From Zygnema circumcarinatum SAG 698-1b (taxonomy: Eukaryota; Plantae; Zygnematophyceae), in NCBI GenBank assembly GCA_037447605.1, contig CM074808.1:248001-312000 (forward strand): DNA of 64,000 nt, in the 5' to 3' direction. Position numbers and translations under genes: made by a program. This document shows, piece by piece, positions 52,452 to 64,000 of the stretch. How positions within the stretch are numbered: position 1 is the first letter of the stretch; every line of letters starts with the position of its first letter. Below the pieces are notes generated by a model. It made no database searches. It worked only from the letters and a program-made list of their open reading frames with translations, and was not told the DNA's origin.

Positions 52452-55400
52452 ATGGCGGCTGCAAAGAGGAGTCGCCTCGCGCTGCTGGAGGAGGAGGAGG
52501 AGGGCGGCGGGGGAGCGGCCCTGCAGCTCTCTGTGAACGCGGAGTACGCGGAGCGCTTCGAGCACAACATGAGGAGGGCGGACCTGCACCGCTTGAAGGA
52601 GCTGGAGAAGGCGGGGAAGGTGGGAGGGGGATGGGGAGGGAGAGGGAGGAGAGAGGGAGAGGAGGGGGAGGAGGAGGATGAGGAGTCGAGTGAGGAGGAG
52701 GATGAAGATGGGATGCTGCTGGCGGAGGACGTGGATAAGAAAATATTTGAGACTTTATCTATGATTAAGAAGCGGGATCCAAGCATATATGAGGGGGATA
52801 AGAAGTTTTTTGAGGAGGAGGGAGAGGAGGGAGAGGAGGGGGAGGGAGGGGGTGAGGGAGAAGGGGGTGGCAAGGGGGGGACGGAGAAGAAAGAGAAGGT
52901 GAAAAAGAAGGTGTTTTTGAAAGACGTGGTAGCAATGGCGGCTCTGGAGGGGAGCGAGGGAGAGGAGGAGGACGAGGAAGGAGGAGGGTTCAGAAACCCT
53001 TATTTGGAGAAAACTTACAATGAAGAGCAGGAGGATTTGAAGCGCGCATTCCTCGATGCTCTTGGTAAGAGAAGAAAAAGAAAACCCTGAAAATTTTCTT
53101 GCATTTTTCTTGCATTACTTATGGAAATAAGCTTCCAATGGAGAGGGCAGCAGTCCTGCTGCGGGAGTCACAACTCAGAACGGTCCAAAACTGAATTGGG
53201 AGGACGCGAAACTATGTGCGATTCTCTTGTTTTTTTTTTTTAAAGGATAGCCAAGAATAGATAAGAATAGCCAGCACGTAATATTCTGTTTTCAGCAAAG
53301 GGAACAGAAAAACGTAGCCTTTGTTTTTCACCTTTCATTCTACTGCATAATTCACTGCTTTTGCTTCATGTTGGATAGGTCCTCAGCAAGATGAAGATGA
53401 AGGAGGTCTGTTGAGAGTGCGGAAAAAAGCGGAGCGGGAGGAAGCCGAGGAGGGAGATGCGGATGAAGATGATGTGAAGGCTCGTCTGGAAGAATATTTT
53501 GGTAAGGATAATGAGTTGGATGAGAACGAGCGATTCCTTAAGGAGTATCTCGCAGGACAAGGGTGGATAGACAAAGAGAAGGTGGGTACTCTTTCTGTCT
53601 GAGTGGGTCTATTTCGCATGGTGGAAGGTTGCGGGTTTCCAAAACTAATGCACCGAGTGGGTGTTAGTTTTCTTGGAAAGAGAATTATTTTTTAATGTCA
53701 ATGTTTTGGTTTAGTGTTTCGTGTTTGGGAGCATGTTCCTGAGGATTCTTTTTGTGGGGAAACTTTGTGTATATGTGCAGGATCACATTCCAACATACGG
53801 TGAGGTTGTGGGCGAAGTGGATGAAGATGAAGAGGAGCTGGAAAAGCAAGACAGGTTTGAGGCGGAATACAACTTTCGGTTCGAGGAAGGGAAAGCTGAT
53901 CAAGTTGCCGGTCATTCGCGGTATGTCTGCTTTCCCTCTCTGTTGTGTTTGTGGGAGGGAGAGAGAAGTGTCAGTTGGGAAAGGGGAGGAGAGGAGAAGT
54001 GGGGAGGGAAGGGGAGGGAAGGGGAGGGGAGAGGAGAGGAGAGGAGAGGAGAGGAGAGTATAGAAGAGTAGATGAGAGGAAAGGAGAGGACAGGAGGGAA
54101 ATGAATGTATGTAAGAGCAGTGTATGGCAATGGCAGAAATATGAAAAGACGTGAGATCACTTTGCACGTGGAGGTTATGGTATAAGTGAGTGCATAGCTA
54201 GGGCAGCTACGTAATGAGTATCTTCGTGGTTTTGAGTGCAGCGTGGTGGAGGGATCTGTGAGGAAAAAGCCGGAGGCGAGAAAGCAGCAGAGGAAATCAA
54301 AGCAGGAGAGGCAGGAGACAGAGGCTATAGCAAGGAAAGAAGAAATCAAGCGGCTGAAAAATGTGAAGAAGAAGGAACTTATGGATAGGTTAGCGAAGAT
54401 TAGGGAGGTTGCTGGGATGGGTGAGGATGGGAAGGGGGTGAATGCACTGGGAGAGGAAGTTTTGGATGAGGATTTTGACCCGAATGAATATGATAGAAAG
54501 ATGAGAGACGCCTTCGGGGCGGAATATTATGGGGCAGAAGATGAGGGGTTTGTGGTAGATGAGGACAAGCCTGACTTTGAAGCAGAGGATAAAGACTTAG
54601 GGCTTCCGAAGGGGTGGATGGAGGAGGAAGGTGAAGGATTTGCGAGTGTGAGAGAAAGGGTGAAGCGCAAGTCAGGGGCGGAGGAGGGCGAGGAAGGGAA
54701 TGGGGACGTGGGAGGGGAGGGAGAAGAAGAGGGAGAGGAGGAAGGGGAGTTGGGGGAGGGAGAGGAAGGGGAAAGGGAGGGAGAGGGAGCGGGAGAGGGA
54801 GAGGAAGAGGAAGGGGAGGAAGAGGATTTACGGTCTCGAAGGAAGAAGAGACGGCGGCGGTTGACACTTAAGGAAAAGTTGGCACTTGACGAGCAGCTGG
54901 AAGAGTACTACAAGATGGACTATGAAGATTTTGTTGGTGAGATCTCATTTCGCTTATTCTAAGCTGCTTGTTGTTTTGTAAATACCGAGATTCCCACTTT
55001 CTCCTGCATAGGCAGTGTGGAAGCAAAGCTCGTATAGCTGTACCGTTGGTTAATGTGGGAGGAGGGAGGGGTTGCGCGGCTTGCAGGTGGAGTGAAAACA
55101 AGGTTCAAATATAGGTCAGTGAATCCTAATACTTTTGGAATGACTACAGAGCAAATATTGACTATGGAGGATAAGGAACTGAATCAGTATGTGTCTGTGA
55201 AGAAGCTTGCACCCTATCGTACTGGAGAGTGGGAGGTGAGAGGCCCCCAGAAACAGCTTCTTAACAGAGATTGGAACGAGAAGGTGGAGTCTGGAGAGAA
55301 GAAGAAGAAGAAGGCCTGGGATGAGAAAGATAGTGCGAAAAAGAAGGAAAATAAGAAGCGAGCAAGGAGTAGTGGGGAGCAGGAAGTAGCGGTCAGCGAG

Positions 55401-55784
55401 AAAGTGAGTGGCGGAGAAGGTACAGAGAGATCAATGAAGAGAGTGAAGAAGGAGAGGGAGGGAGAAGGGAGAGAGGAAGGGAGGAAGGGGAAAGGTGTAG
55501 CGGAAAGGGGCGAGGGCAAATCGGAAGGCGAGCAGAGCTCAAAGAAGGAGGCTAAGAAACATGCCGGTGATGGAGGAGTGAAGGGGTTTGGTGGGAGAGA
55601 TGGAACGAGCGTGGTGGGGGGGAGAGAGGGTTTGTCCAAAGCTGCAAAAAAGAATCTCCAGCGCCGTCTCAAGAGAATGGAGCATCGTGGAGAGCTCTCT
55701 TCCCAGAGACTAAGTGCTTATGGCCAGTCAGCGGTGCCTTCTGTGCTGAGAAAAGTAAAGAAAGAGAAAGGAGGGGGAGATTGA
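52452..55784 (+). CDS. KRI1: KRI1 homolog (40S ribosome biogenesis, KRR1-interacting)
   Basis: Five exons (~52452-53064, 53379-53581, 53781-53920, 54242-54936, 55087-55784): LSVNAEYAERFEHN.RR.DL.RL, FLKEYL...GW, FEAEYNFRFEE, KEEIKRLKNVKKKE, DFDPNEYD, EYYKMDYED..GG.KTRFKYR, ELNQYVS.KKLAPYR. Confidence 0.95.
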
Positions 55785-57032
55785 TGCTGCATTTGTAGGG
55801 TGGGAATGAAAGGAGAGGAGAGGATGGGGGCAGGGAGACACGCAGTGCGATGGTGTTCACCGTAATTTGCGCTTGTGTACTGAGACCTATGGCTATGCAG
55901 TGGCGGCAGCCATAGCTATGGCTGCCACTGTCAATTCTTTTGTCCGATGGAGAATGAATCTCACTCGTCAATCAGAGGAAATGTCCATGAGGTTCAGTTA
56001 AGTACCTTGTTTGGTATTTGGAAGTTTTAGCCAGGCCATAGAAGAGCTATGGCACCTATGGTTCTACCTCAGCTGCTTTTTAGGGTTTCTATGATTAATG
56101 GCAAATCGATATTTCAAGTGAGATGTTTTGGCCAGTTTTGGCGTTTTGGGTTTTTTTTTTTTTTGTTGGCATTTTTGGTTTTGGTTGGTTGTAGGATTTA
56201 GATTTTAGTGTTTGGTCCTGAGCCATTTAGTATCATCGGTTCTGTCTTTGATAAACGATCCGCCAATACATTTTCAGAGTAAAATTAGTCACTTGTGGTG
56301 AATAGCACAATAGAAAGGTGAGCCTCCCCTTTCACATAAGCAAGAGGCCACGCGCAAACACGCTGAAGTTGATATCGTATAAAGGGGTCTTTCAATGCGA
56401 ACTTCAAAGCAGCGATTGTTAACGAATCACACATAGAACTATAGAGTGTGTAAGACACATCGGGAAACTAAGGCATATTTCCTGTTGTCCAACTGTATCC
56501 ATCCTTTGGCGCCCTAACCCTGCTTTCCCTAACCTTCTTTCCTGGAACCCTAAACCCAAATATGCAGTTCATGCACTTAAGAACCGTTCCTGCGAGCACT
56601 GCCTTTCATCATCTTTACCTTTGGGAAAAGGTCACCCTGAGAGGAAGGGCAAGAGGATGAGGAAGCAGACGTACCGTTTTTGGATTCTGATAGCTTCATG
56701 ATTTACTCTCAAGGAAGAGAGACAGAGAGCGAGAGGGAAGGTGAGAGAGATTCTATGTCTCTCTCCTCTCTTAGCTACACTTTTGTAGCAGTTCAAATAA
56801 GAGAAATTAGAACAATTCTTGAGTGTCAAGACTACTGATATCATACAGTGGTGAAGTTCGGTTGCTTGCAGGGAAATGGTCAACGCATGGCTTCTTACGG
56901 CCGTTGACTCGTCAACTCGTACCCACACCCTCGTGTGGAATTCACACGCAGGAGCTGTGCGTGTACTAGTGGTTTCATCTCTCAAAGGGAGAGATCGGTC
57001 CTGATGAGTCAAAGAAGGGCTCTCAAATCCGT

Positions 57033-62842
<5,810 letters not shown>

Positions 62843-64000
62843 TTGAACCCTTTCCTCTCCTTGCAGGCCTGTTGCAAACACTCGCCCAAAATTTTTCCTT
62901 CAGCCTTAGAACAGCCGGTGCCTAGTCCAGCCTACTGGGAATCCTGTAAAACTGTCGCTTTCCTGCAGACCTCTTCCAAATCCTCAACTGACTGTCCCCA
63001 AAAAGCAAGATAAGCTCCTTTCTAGATGCAACGACTGTGTATATGAAAATAAACAGTGCTTCTTGGAGCAGCCTCTCTGCCCTCCTGTCCTTAAGACACC
63101 CTCCTTTCGAATCCCTTCGCTCCCTCCCCCTCTCTCCCTCTCCCTTCTCTCTTCTCCCTCCCTCCCTTCCCTTTCCTCCCTCCCTTCCTACCACATTCTC
63201 CCTTCCTCCCTCTCCTCTCCTTCTCCTCTCCTTCGCCCTCGCCCTCCTCTCCCCCTCCTCTCCCTCTCCTCTCCCTCGCCCTCCCTCGCCCTCTATCCCT
63301 CCTACTCCCTCCTCTCCCTCCTCTTCCTCCTCCCTCTCCCTCTCCCTCCTCTCCCTCTCGCTCCTTTCCCTCCTCTCCCTCCTCTCCCTTCCTCTCCCAC
63401 TCCCTCCCTCTCCCTCCTCTCCCTCCTCTCCCTCTTCTCCCTCCTCTCCCTCCTCTCCCTCCTCTCCCTCCCACTCCTGGACGGCGCAAATGAGAGGGCG
63501 ACCCTTGAAGGGGCAGTGCGCCTCCCAACGGCTCTCAGTCCATCGGACGGCTCCCCGGAAATTACGGCCTTGAGATCGACGGTCCCCAGCGCCTCGCTGG
63601 CGCCCTAAAACGGCCGCCTCTCTGCCGCCTGTCGCGCCTAAAATTTGAATTTTTGAAGTACTCGTCCGTACGGTGTTAGTTGGCAAACGTGAAAAACGTG
63701 CAGGAAGTCTTCAGCCAATCACGTCGTCACAAGTGCCATTTGTGCCAACATCTCTCCAGAGGGCCACGTGGATGAACTGAACTTTGTAAAATTCCCCTGG
63801 AGGGTGCTATATGCGCGCGTTATATGGTTCTGAAAATTTGGCAGTTGAACGGGGAACATATTTATTGGGCATGGAACGGCTCAGTTTGAACGCTTGGAAA
63901 CGGGGTCGACCACCTGGTTTCTGGAACGGCCAAGTTTGCAACTTTCTTACGTTTGCTGACGTCATCATCCTCTCCCTTCCCCCTCACTGAAATCTCCCCG

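Overview
Eukaryotic nuclear DNA from a green plant lineage, most likely a streptophyte alga (inferred from PPR-SMR, F-box/kelch, LRR receptor-like kinase and LPA3-like genes plus TTTAGGG/TTAGGG repeats). It is gene-dense with GT-AG introns packed with microsatellites and telomere-like repeats. I can reconstruct about 11 protein genes: MCM2, PPR-SMR, an NAD(P)-binding/CIA30 plastid protein, F-box/kelch, a tandem GST-N/thioredoxin-like protein, a corrupted RIN13-like gene, an uncharacterised plant/cyanobacterial-type protein, a complex I P2/IF1-like protein, LPA3-like, KRI1 and an LRR-RLK pseudokinase. There is also one intron-containing tRNA-Met. The most unusual signals are: (1) complementary repeats placed around MCM2 splice sites, namely a 42-bp perfect inverted repeat plus (AG)n/(CT)n around one exon and opposed TTAGGG/CCCTAA arms in one intron, together with G-rich acceptors, which suggests structure-assisted splicing or circRNA formation; (2) recurrent GTAC clusters and (CGTAT)n arrays at gene boundaries; (3) a chimeric LRR/Pro-rich/ALE2-like pseudokinase. 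Seven 10-N gaps, an apparently exact 1.84-kb duplication across one gap and error-rich stretches show this is a draft assembly, so several oddities are probably artefacts. Protein family calls are from motif recognition only; no database searches were run.
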